64,000 nucleotides of DNA, taken from assembly GCA_001303785.1 (NCBI GenBank), contig LJUJ01000003.1, forward strand, positions 14,027-78,026, given 5' to 3'. Under the pieces are notes generated by a model that searched no databases, was not told the origin of the DNA, and saw only the letters and a program-made list of their open reading frames with translations. How positions within the stretch are numbered: the first letter of the stretch is position 1; every line of letters begins with the position of its first letter. Shown here piece by piece: positions 21,112-28,381 of the stretch. This DNA comes from a candidate division WOR_3 bacterium SM23_42. GTDB lineage: Bacteria > Hydrothermota > Tepidihabitantia > SM23-42. Made by a program: the position numbers and the translations under genes.

Positions 21112-21903
21112 CTAAGGACAGTGCCTATTTGAGGCATCAGGGTTCTTGATACATTCGATACACTTGTGCTGATTTAAACAATCTTGTATCGCCTCTTCAA
21201 TAACTGCCGTGTCACCATCGCAGGCACAATGTCTTGCTTCCTGCAGCACCTTCATCTGCTGCTTACTGCATTCATAGATTTGATCGATGATCTCCAATGC
21301 GCTATTTTCATCCAGAAGTTCAGCACAATTAATCGCTAGTCCTGTCTCGTGCAGCATCTTCGCCAACAAGTCTTCATTAATTTTCACCCCCGGTGTGAGC
21401 AAAGACATAAATTCATCAGTTCGCTTACCTGCATAAACTACATGCAGTCTTGCCTTGCCTTTAGTATCAGTGGTTAGCAAAAGCTGGACGCGCTCAGTGG
21501 CAATCTTGATTGGGTATAGCATATGACCGGGCAGGCTGTTGGCGCTCAACGAGACTGTGGTCAAACCGACCACAAAAACTAGCAAGGTAATTGCAGCAAC
21601 TCGAACCATGACTGGCCTCAGAGCGAATATTTCTCGCAATGAGAATCCTTTCGGCGCCTTCTGTTCGCTCAAAAGCACGCGTGCTTGGTTGATTACGGTT
21701 TCAATCACCTCTGCACTGGGTTCAGGCTTGGGCAACTCGGCTATGCTGTTCACCAAGTGTAATAACGGTCTCAGTTCGTCCGCATATTCAGGATATTCAC
21801 GCAGACAATCATCAACGGATCTGCCCCTTTTGACTTCAGCTATTAGTTCATCTAATATTTCTTCAATTTTTGTCTTCATAACCTTGTCTCGAAAAATAGT
21901 CAC
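21112..21903 (-). CDS. Putative transmembrane anti-sigma factor with Cys/His-rich periplasmic C-terminus
   Basis: Overlaps the 3-prime end of the ECF sigma gene. One TM segment (VMVRVAAITLLVFVVGLTTVSLSA). The C-terminal tail HCACDGD...CLNQHKCIECIKNPDASNRHCP has 7 Cys and 3 His. Confidence 0.5.
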   Translation of the reverse strand: MTIFRDKVMKTKIEEILDELIAEVKRGRSVDDCLREYPEYADELRPLLHLVNSIAELPKPEPSAEVIETVINQARVLLSEQKAPKGFSLREIFALRPVMVRVAAITLLVFVVGLTTVSLSANSLPGHMLYPIKIATERVQLLLTTDTKGKARLHVVYAGKRTDEFMSLLTPGVKINEDLLAKMLHETGLAINCAELLDENSALEIIDQIYECSKQQMKVLQEARHCACDGDTAVIEEAIQDCLNQHKCIECIKNPDASNRHCP

Positions 21904-22444
21904 GCAAAGCCCTCAACGCCCTGAATTGAAGTACCTTTATCGCGCCAACAGATTTGCCCATGAATTCAGCCGCTTCGCTATTACTGAATCCTTCGATGAA
22001 TCTGAGAATTATCACCTGCCGCTGTTCCTCGGTTAATCTTTGCATACCTTTTCTTAATCGTTCCCTGGTCAAGGTTTGCCGGGAAAAGTCGGCCGATTTG
22101 TCTGCGATGTCATGCGACAGATCGGAAAGTGATAGTTCGCGACGTACCGCCTTTTTTCGATAGAAATCTATCAGTGCGTGCTTGGCTATTTTGTACATCC
22201 AGGCATGAAAATTGCCCCGCTGATTTTTCAACGCCTTTATCACCTTCAAAACAACCTCACTTGTTAAATCTTCAGCGTCTTCAGGCTGATTTACTCGGTA
22301 GAAAACATAGCTGTAAATCCTTGAATACACATAGACACACAACTGTGATAAGGCATCTTCATCACCTTTCTTTGCACCATCGACAAACCTCCTAAGCTCG
22401 TATTTTTCTAGATCTTTTCTCAAATGTAAAGACGGATAGTCTTT
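21863..22444 (-). CDS. ECF-family RNA polymerase sigma factor
   Basis: Sigma-70 region 2 (YVYSRIYSYVFYRV...PEDAEDLTSEV) and region 4 (LTEEQRQVIILRFIEGFSNSEAAEFMGKSVGAIKVLQFRALRAL). Start placed at the internal ATG (MKDYPSLH); the longer ORF to 22585 is probably an over-extension. Confidence 0.85.
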   Translation of the reverse strand, partial: KDYPSLHLRKDLEKYELRRFVDGAKKGDEDALSQLCVYVYSRIYSYVFYRVNQPEDAEDLTSEVVLKVIKALKNQRGNFHAWMYKIAKHALIDFYRKKAVRRELSLSDLSHDIADKSADFSRQTLTRERLRKGMQRLTEEQRQVIILRFIEGFSNSEAAEFMGKSVGAIKVLQFRALRALRDYFSRQGYEDKN

Positions 22445-22516
22445 CATAAAGTTACAGCAGATTATAGACACCCTAAACCAAAAGTCAATTTTCGCGAACC
22501 ACCGCCGAAATTGACC

Positions 22517-22544
22517 TTGACATATCCTACTTTTTTGGTAGAAT
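22517..22544 (+). promoter_or_regulatory. Sigma70-type promoter (TTGACA-N16-TAGAAT) for the iscR operon
   Basis: TTGACA at 22517-22522 and TAGAAT at 22539-22544, about 20 nt upstream of the ATG at 22565. Confidence 0.4.
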
Positions 22545-22564
22545 ATATTGTGAGATTGACAACC

Positions 22565-22969
22565 ATGGCAACATACGCGGTGCAAGCTATGCTCGATCTA
22601 GCAAGCCAACCTGAGGGTCAAGTGGTAGCACTGAGAAAGATCGCGGACCGCCAGGGAATAAAGGCAAAGTACCTGGAACGAATCTTCTTGAAGCTTCACC
22701 GTGCCGGGATAATCGCGAGCAAAAAAGGCCCAGGGGGTGGTTATTACATAGACCGGCCTATCAAATCAATCAAAATAGGTGATATAATGGACGCTGTGGG
22801 CGAATTCCGAGGATTGGTAAGATGCCAAATCGCAGATTCTGAAAACTGCTGTTCGCGTGCCGACGACTGTTCGATTCGACCGTACTGGAAGAGGATGAAA
22901 GACACGATTGACGAATTTCTCAATTCTTCCACGCTTTATGACATCATACACCAGAAAAGGAAACCGTAA
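22565..22969 (+). CDS. iscR: Rrf2-family transcriptional regulator (IscR-like)
   Basis: MATYAVQAMLDLA...LRKIADRQGIKAKYLERIFLKLHRAGIIASKKGPGGGYYI is the canonical Rrf2 winged helix. Three Cys in the C-terminal half (CCSRADDC) could ligate an Fe-S cluster. The upstream part of the listed ORF overlaps the promoter, so the start is placed at 22565. Confidence 0.85.
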   Translation: MATYAVQAMLDLASQPEGQVVALRKIADRQGIKAKYLERIFLKLHRAGIIASKKGPGGGYYIDRPIKSIKIGDIMDAVGEFRGLVRCQIADSENCCSRADDCSIRPYWKRMKDTIDEFLNSSTLYDIIHQKRKP

Positions 22970-23004
22970 TGACAATCAGTAGATCTGTAGCATAGGAACG
23001 CTGA

Positions 23005-24072
23005 ATGCAGAAATTTCCTGAAATAGGTAAAATATCGCCAGAGGTTTTCAATCGATTGATCTACCCTCATCTGGGGGCGAAACGCCCTGAAATCCTTGTT
23101 GGACCGCAACACGGAGTCGATGTGGGAATCGTCGAGATCGGCAACAGAGCAGTAGCCATGACTAGCGATCCAGTTTTCATAGTACCTGAATATGGTTTCG
23201 AAAGGGCTGCCTGGTTTGCTACGCATATTCTGGCGTCGGATGTCGTGACCTCAGGTCTGCCGCCTACTTATCTCGCCATTGACTTGAATCTACCAGTATC
23301 TATGACCGAAGCAGAACTAACAACGGTCTGGAATACTATTGACGAAGAAAGTAAGAAAATGGGTATGGCGATTGTGTGTGGGCATACAGCAAGGTACGAG
23401 AATTGTCACTATCCCATGGTAGGTGGTGCCACAGTACTAGCCATCGGTGATACTGACATGTATGTCACCCCGAAGTTTGCGCGAAAGGGTGACAAGATTG
23501 TTATCACGAAGGGTCCGGCGATTGAAGCATCCGGTATCTTCGCTACTATGTTCCCGAAATACATCGCCCGTAAATACGGAGATGAGTTCGCCCGGAAATC
23601 ACAGCGGTTATTCTACATGATGTCAGTTGTGAAGGATGCGATGACTGCAGTAACGGTTGGCGTGCGTGATGATGGAATTTCTGCAATGCACGATGCAACC
23701 GAGTGCGGCATCTGGGGTGGTTTGTGTGAAATCGCTCAGGCAGCCGGTCTGGGCGCACGCATCGTAAAATCACAGATTGTCATCGAAGACGGTGTGCAGC
23801 AAATCTGTGATCTGTTTGCGATAGACCCCTACAGATCAATCAGTGAGGGAACGCTGATCATAACCTGCCGTGAACAAAAGACCGACGAATTAGTTGAAAC
23901 CCTAATTCAAAATGATATAAAAGCCTCGGTTGTGGGTGAATTAATCGAACCCAAGTACGGCATACTATTACTCGAGGATAATAAGGAAGTAAACCTAGAA
24001 CACCCAAATGTTGACCCATTCTGGAAAGCATTCTACATGGCTTTGCAGAAATATGAACATTTGGAAACATAG
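23005..24072 (+). CDS. PurM-superfamily (AIR synthase-related) ATP-binding protein of unknown specificity
   Basis: N-domain HGVDVGIVEIGNRAVAMTSDPVF (cf. GEDAAV...VVTTD of PurM/ThiL/HypE/SelD) and a C-domain. Lacks the SelD GxGC(U)K motif and the HypE C-terminal Cys. Confidence 0.65.
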   Translation: MQKFPEIGKISPEVFNRLIYPHLGAKRPEILVGPQHGVDVGIVEIGNRAVAMTSDPVFIVPEYGFERAAWFATHILASDVVTSGLPPTYLAIDLNLPVSMTEAELTTVWNTIDEESKKMGMAIVCGHTARYENCHYPMVGGATVLAIGDTDMYVTPKFARKGDKIVITKGPAIEASGIFATMFPKYIARKYGDEFARKSQRLFYMMSVVKDAMTAVTVGVRDDGISAMHDATECGIWGGLCEIAQAAGLGARIVKSQIVIEDGVQQICDLFAIDPYRSISEGTLIITCREQKTDELVETLIQNDIKASVVGELIEPKYGILLLEDNKEVNLEHPNVDPFWKAFYMALQKYEHLET

Positions 24073-24083
24073 CAGGGTAAATC

Positions 24084-25235
24084 ATGATCTACCTCGACTA
24101 TAATGCAACCACTCCAACCGACTCACGGGTAGTTGAAGCAATGCTTCCGTATTTTCATGATATATCAGCTAACCCTTCTTCGATTCATACCGCAGGTCAT
24201 AAGGCCCGAGAAGCCCTGGAAGGTAGCCGCACCGCGCTGGCGGAATTATTGAAATCCCGAAATGATGAAATATATTTTACTTCCGGTGGAACCGAGGCTG
24301 ATAATACTGCCATCAAGGGAACGTCCTTTGCCCAAGATAAACGAAAGAAAATCATCACGTCGGCGATAGAACACCACGCTGTGCTCACAACCTGCGAGTA
24401 CATGAAGAAATTCGGATTTCGGGTCGTAAAGGTACCGGTTGACCATTATGGTGTTGTCGACCTAGATTTCCTCGAGCAAGAGGTTGATGACAACACGCTC
24501 ATTGTATCAATAATGCACGCCAACAACGAAGTAGGCACGATCGAACCGCTTGAAAAAATCGGCGAGATTGTGCATCGCCACGGTGTGATCTTTCATACTG
24601 ACGCCGTGCAAACGGTCGGAAAGATACCGATTGATGTCAGGACATCGGGAATCGACATGCTTTCTCTGTCCGCTCACAAGTTCTGTGGACCAAAAGGGAT
24701 CGGCGCGCTTTATGTCAGGAAGGGTGTGCGCTTCGATCCTCTGAGCCATGGTGGCCACCACGAGGGCGGCAAGCGCGCCGGCACCGAAAACGTCCCGGGT
24801 ATTGTTGGCCTAGGTAAGGCATGCGAAATCGCCCTAGATGAAATGAGCGCGGAAGAAAAGCGTATCAGAAAACTAAGAGATAGACTATGGCAGGGTATAA
24901 GTGAGCGGATTCCGGAGTTAAAACTGAATGGCCATCCTGAAAAGAGGCTGGCAAACACCCTCAATGTCAGTGTCAAATACGTCGAAGGCGAATCAATGCT
25001 ATTGCAGCTCGATGCGAGAGGAATATTTGCTTCGAGCGGCTCAGCCTGTACCTCAGGTAGTCTCGAAGCCTCCCACGTACTCCTCGCGATGGGTTTGCCT
25101 CACGATATGGCACACGGTTCCTTACGTTTCTCATGCGGAAGATATAATACCGAGCGAGACATTGACAAGGTGATAGAAGTATTTCCCGGTATCGTTGAGA
25201 AGCTTAGGGTAATGTCTCCCCTGTACAGACCCTGA
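24084..25235 (+). CDS. nifS: Cysteine desulfurase (NifS/IscS, class V aminotransferase)
   Basis: MIYLDYNATTP start; PLP-lysine region SAHKFCGPKGIGALYV; active-site Cys loop SSGSACTSG. Confidence 0.95.
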   Translation: MIYLDYNATTPTDSRVVEAMLPYFHDISANPSSIHTAGHKAREALEGSRTALAELLKSRNDEIYFTSGGTEADNTAIKGTSFAQDKRKKIITSAIEHHAVLTTCEYMKKFGFRVVKVPVDHYGVVDLDFLEQEVDDNTLIVSIMHANNEVGTIEPLEKIGEIVHRHGVIFHTDAVQTVGKIPIDVRTSGIDMLSLSAHKFCGPKGIGALYVRKGVRFDPLSHGGHHEGGKRAGTENVPGIVGLGKACEIALDEMSAEEKRIRKLRDRLWQGISERIPELKLNGHPEKRLANTLNVSVKYVEGESMLLQLDARGIFASSGSACTSGSLEASHVLLAMGLPHDMAHGSLRFSCGRYNTERDIDKVIEVFPGIVEKLRVMSPLYRP

Positions 25236-25262
25236 TGCCGCTAACATAAACAAGGAGTCAGC

Positions 25263-25703
25263 ATGCAATACTCGCAGAAAGTCATGGACCACTTCATGAA
25301 CCCACGTAACGTGGGCGAGATCCAAAACGCGGATGGCGTCGGTACTTGTGGTAATCCGGTATGCGGTGACCTAATGACCTTTTACGTGAAGATAGAACCA
25401 CGAACCGACAATCTTGATATGGCACGTATCACCGAGATACGCTTCAAAACTTTTGGATGCGGTGCGGCGATCGCAGTCGCATCAATGGCCAGCGAAATGG
25501 CGAAAGGCAAGACATTATCTGAGGTTGTAGATCTTTCGCGTGACGACGTTGCGGATAATCTTGACGGCCTCCCCCCTGTCAAGATGCACTGCTCAAATCT
25601 TGGTGTGCAAGCAATACAGGAAGCACTAAAAGACTACTTGACGAAAATGGGTCGGCGAGACCTTGCCAGCAAGATAAAAGGGTGTTCAAAGGAAGAACAT
25701 TAG
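25263..25703 (+). CDS. nifU: Fe-S cluster assembly scaffold protein (NifU/IscU-type)
   Basis: HF.NPRN.G......G..G.P.CGD and ...FKTFGCGAAIAVASM... with the three conserved cluster-ligating Cys. Confidence 0.9.
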   Translation: MQYSQKVMDHFMNPRNVGEIQNADGVGTCGNPVCGDLMTFYVKIEPRTDNLDMARITEIRFKTFGCGAAIAVASMASEMAKGKTLSEVVDLSRDDVADNLDGLPPVKMHCSNLGVQAIQEALKDYLTKMGRRDLASKIKGCSKEEH

Positions 25704-25849
25704 TCTGCACGCCATCCGCACCCACTGCAAAAACCCATACAAAACGCATTACAGCATACTATTGCATTTGATTACCCTCTATATATAATAATAACTAAAC
25801 AATAGTCATCGATATAAACTATTACCATACTTGGTCACATTTATACTGA

Positions 25850-26395
25850 ATGAAAGATACTAGACAAATAACACAACTTATCCAAAGGGTATTGAGCAAC
25901 GATGAAAGCGCTTGCCAGAAGATACTAAATTTATACAAGGGAAGAATCTTCAGCTATGTGTATCGCATGGTGAAAAACTATCACGACGCCGAAGACATTA
26001 CCTTCGACACTTTCATCAAGTGTTTTAATAGTTTGGCGACTTTCGACACGTCCAGACCTTTTGCCACCTGGTTGTTCACAATTGCTCACAATGCCACCAT
26101 GGATTTTTTCAGAAAGAACAAGCAGGAATATGAATACCTTGATGACCGTCAAGCGGTCGGTGATGATTTTGTTCAAGAATATGAAAAGAAGAAGAAAATG
26201 GAGAGAATCGAAAGGGCCTTGGCAGAACTCCCCCCTATGGACCGTGAAATCGTGGTTCTTTTCCACAAGGAGGAACATTCTTACCAAGAAATTAGCACAA
26301 TTACGAACCTTCCAGTGACGACTATAAAAACCCGGCTTCACCGTGCACGAAAAAAGCTGCATATGCTGGTCCGCGAAAAGTCCGAGAAAAGATGA
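25850..26395 (+). CDS. ECF-family RNA polymerase sigma factor
   Basis: Region 2 (IFSYVYRMVKNYHDAEDITFDTFIK...FATWLFTIAHNATMDFFRK) and region 4 (LPPMDREIVVLFHKEEHSYQEISTITNLPVTTIKTRLHRARKKL). Confidence 0.85.
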   Translation: MKDTRQITQLIQRVLSNDESACQKILNLYKGRIFSYVYRMVKNYHDAEDITFDTFIKCFNSLATFDTSRPFATWLFTIAHNATMDFFRKNKQEYEYLDDRQAVGDDFVQEYEKKKKMERIERALAELPPMDREIVVLFHKEEHSYQEISTITNLPVTTIKTRLHRARKKLHMLVREKSEKR

Positions 26396-26425
26396 AACTT
26401 CCCGCCCATTCTTGCGTATTACCTA

Positions 26426-26950
26426 GTGATGAAGCATAAAGAGATAGAAAGACTAATCCAGAAGAAGCTAGACCGCGAAATCGGCCTCGACGAGAAACGC
26501 AAGCTAGATAAGCATCTGGCTCAATGTCCTGAGTGTGTACTGTACTACCAGGAAATGATGCAGGCAAGCAAATCACTGAGAGAACTCACCGAGTTTTATC
26601 CACAAACCGACTTCAATGCTCGCGTACTTGCCAAATTGGGTTTGCGAAGGAGATTCGCCTGGACAAAAGCCGCATATGTCTTTGCCGGCAGTTGGCTCGC
26701 GGCAATTCTCTTCTTTGTCTACTCACCTTTGCCGGCGCAGTTCCTTAGCCGCGTTGCAACATCGGTCCCAGCGCTCATGAGATTGTATGACAAAGTTGAG
26801 TTGGTAATTGCCTCGTTAACTCAAGTGCTGTCCCCGGTAATCAAAAGCTCCTTCAGTACCTTGAATCCGTTCATTGGATTAGCCTTCAGTATTATGTTCG
26901 TTTATTTCCTAGGTAAAGCCTTACAAAAGGAGGTAAAATGCAAGGCCTAA
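26426..26950 (+). CDS. Anti-sigma factor with zf-HC2 zinc finger, membrane-anchored
   Basis: HLAQCPECVLYYQEMMQ (H-x3-C-x2-C, the ZAS-type motif) immediately downstream of the ECF sigma gene. A TM segment (AAYVFAGSWLAAILFFVY) and a second C-terminal hydrophobic region. Confidence 0.65.
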   Translation: MMKHKEIERLIQKKLDREIGLDEKRKLDKHLAQCPECVLYYQEMMQASKSLRELTEFYPQTDFNARVLAKLGLRRRFAWTKAAYVFAGSWLAAILFFVYSPLPAQFLSRVATSVPALMRLYDKVELVIASLTQVLSPVIKSSFSTLNPFIGLAFSIMFVYFLGKALQKEVKCKA

Positions 26951-28275
26951 CAATATTGCTCATACTTACAACATTATCCAGTCCACTGGCTGCAGATAGT
27001 CATGCTTACGTCGGCTCACTGCCCGCGGTTGAAGTAATCGCAACCAGATGCGCAGACGAAGACGTAGCTTGGAGTGGATTGATGCCCGCGGTTGAAGTAA
27101 CTGCACCGCGTTACGAGAATGAAGACATTGCCTGGTGCGGTATGCTTCCAGCAATGGACGTTACCGCCAACCGGCAGGCGCATAATCGTACGAAAAACAC
27201 CGAGCCTACCCACGCACAAGCAATCCTTGTCAGTCATGTCACCGAACCCGACGTTGAACTTGACCTGTCCATTGCCGACCTGAAGATATTTGGTGCAATA
27301 CCCGCTGCGGTAACATTTAGTGGTGACTACAGTCTGGCCGAAAACGATACAATTTACGAAGACGTGACGGTGACCGGCGGTAATGCCAAGATAGACGGAG
27401 TGATCAGTGGTGATCTAGCGGTAATGGGCGGCAGAGTAGATATCAACGGAATGGTCGACGGCGACGTCGCGGTCTTCGGCGGCAATCTTGATCTAATGGG
27501 TATTATTGATGGTGATGCAGCAGTATTAGGTGGCAATATTAGGAATCGTGGCGCCATTGAGGGAGACCTACACGTAGTTGGCGGGACGGTTTATCTTGAC
27601 TCCGCATCAGTAGTTGAGGGAAATATCAGCATGGTCGGCGGCACTGTTGATCGTGACACCAACGCCGTGGTCCTGGGCACAATAGAATCGATTGAAATCA
27701 AGGCATTAGAAAAGGTATTGCCACGCATAAGCAAGGCGTTCAGGTTTCCCCGGATGCTACCCAGTGCGGCATTTCCCAGAGCAGTCTTCATCGGCATGCT
27801 TGTTGTCCTCTACTTATTCAATGTCCTTGTGTTGCTTATATTCCCAAATGCCGTGGAAAGAGTGAAGGAAAAAATCAAACAAAGCATATGGGCATCCGTC
27901 GGCTTGGGTATTGTGATGGAACTTCTTTTCGTACCTCTGATAGTGTTACTTGCCGTTTCAATAATCGGAATACCGCTCATCATACTACTGCCATTGGCTG
28001 TGTTTGTGGCCATACTATTCGGAGTCTCTGCTCTATCCCTCACCACTGGTGACCGCGTGTGCAAAGGATTCAACTGGAAGGTCGAGAGTCAACTAGGTAG
28101 GTTCAGTCTCGGTTGGCTCGCGCTCATGCTCATTCCGATTGTGCTCATTCTAATCGGACCACCTGTCTTTATCCTTGGCTTTGTCATCATCTATGTGGTG
28201 ATGACAATCGGCTTGGGTGGTATAATATACACGCTAATAAAAAGGAAAACAGTCGAAGTTAAAATAAAGAAATAA
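26938..28275 (+). CDS. Secreted/membrane beta-helical repeat protein (DUF4097/bactofilin-like repeats) with C-terminal polytopic membrane domain
   Basis: Signal peptide. Three tandem ~21-aa repeats (LPAVEVIATRCADEDVAWSG...). About 8 short G-D-x-x-V-x-G-G repeats (GDLAVMGGRVDINGMVDGDVAVFGGNLDLMGIIDGDAAVLGG...), as seen in DUF4097/LiaG-like and bactofilin beta-helices. Then about 5 hydrophobic TM helices. Start overlaps the anti-sigma stop. Confidence 0.5.
   Translation: MQGLTILLILTTLSSPLAADSHAYVGSLPAVEVIATRCADEDVAWSGLMPAVEVTAPRYENEDIAWCGMLPAMDVTANRQAHNRTKNTEPTHAQAILVSHVTEPDVELDLSIADLKIFGAIPAAVTFSGDYSLAENDTIYEDVTVTGGNAKIDGVISGDLAVMGGRVDINGMVDGDVAVFGGNLDLMGIIDGDAAVLGGNIRNRGAIEGDLHVVGGTVYLDSASVVEGNISMVGGTVDRDTNAVVLGTIESIEIKALEKVLPRISKAFRFPRMLPSAAFPRAVFIGMLVVLYLFNVLVLLIFPNAVERVKEKIKQSIWASVGLGIVMELLFVPLIVLLAVSIIGIPLIILLPLAVFVAILFGVSALSLTTGDRVCKGFNWKVESQLGRFSLGWLALMLIPIVLILIGPPVFILGFVIIYVVMTIGLGGIIYTLIKRKTVEVKIKK
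27019..27204. repeat. Intragenic tandem repeat, about 63 bp x 3 (third copy diverged)
   Basis: ctgcccgcggttgaagtaatcgcaacc... recurs as atgcccgcggttgaagtaactgcaccg... about 63 bp downstream, then a degenerate third unit. Encodes the LPAVEV... peptide repeats. Confidence 0.6.
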
Positions 28276-28292
28276 GCAATAGTCATCTTAAA

Positions 28293-28326
28293 GGGCCAGA
28301 CGCTCCAGAAAGTCTGGCCCTTTTTT
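28293..28326 (+). terminator. Rho-independent terminator
   Basis: GGGCCAGAC (28293-28301), a 10-nt loop, then GTCTGGCCC (28312-28320), followed by TTTTTT (28321-28326). Lies immediately after the stop of the 26938..28275 gene. Confidence 0.65.
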
Positions 28327-28381
28327 GTTATTCTAATTTGAGTATATGTTGAATTTCTTCGCTATCCGGCTATAATAGAAC

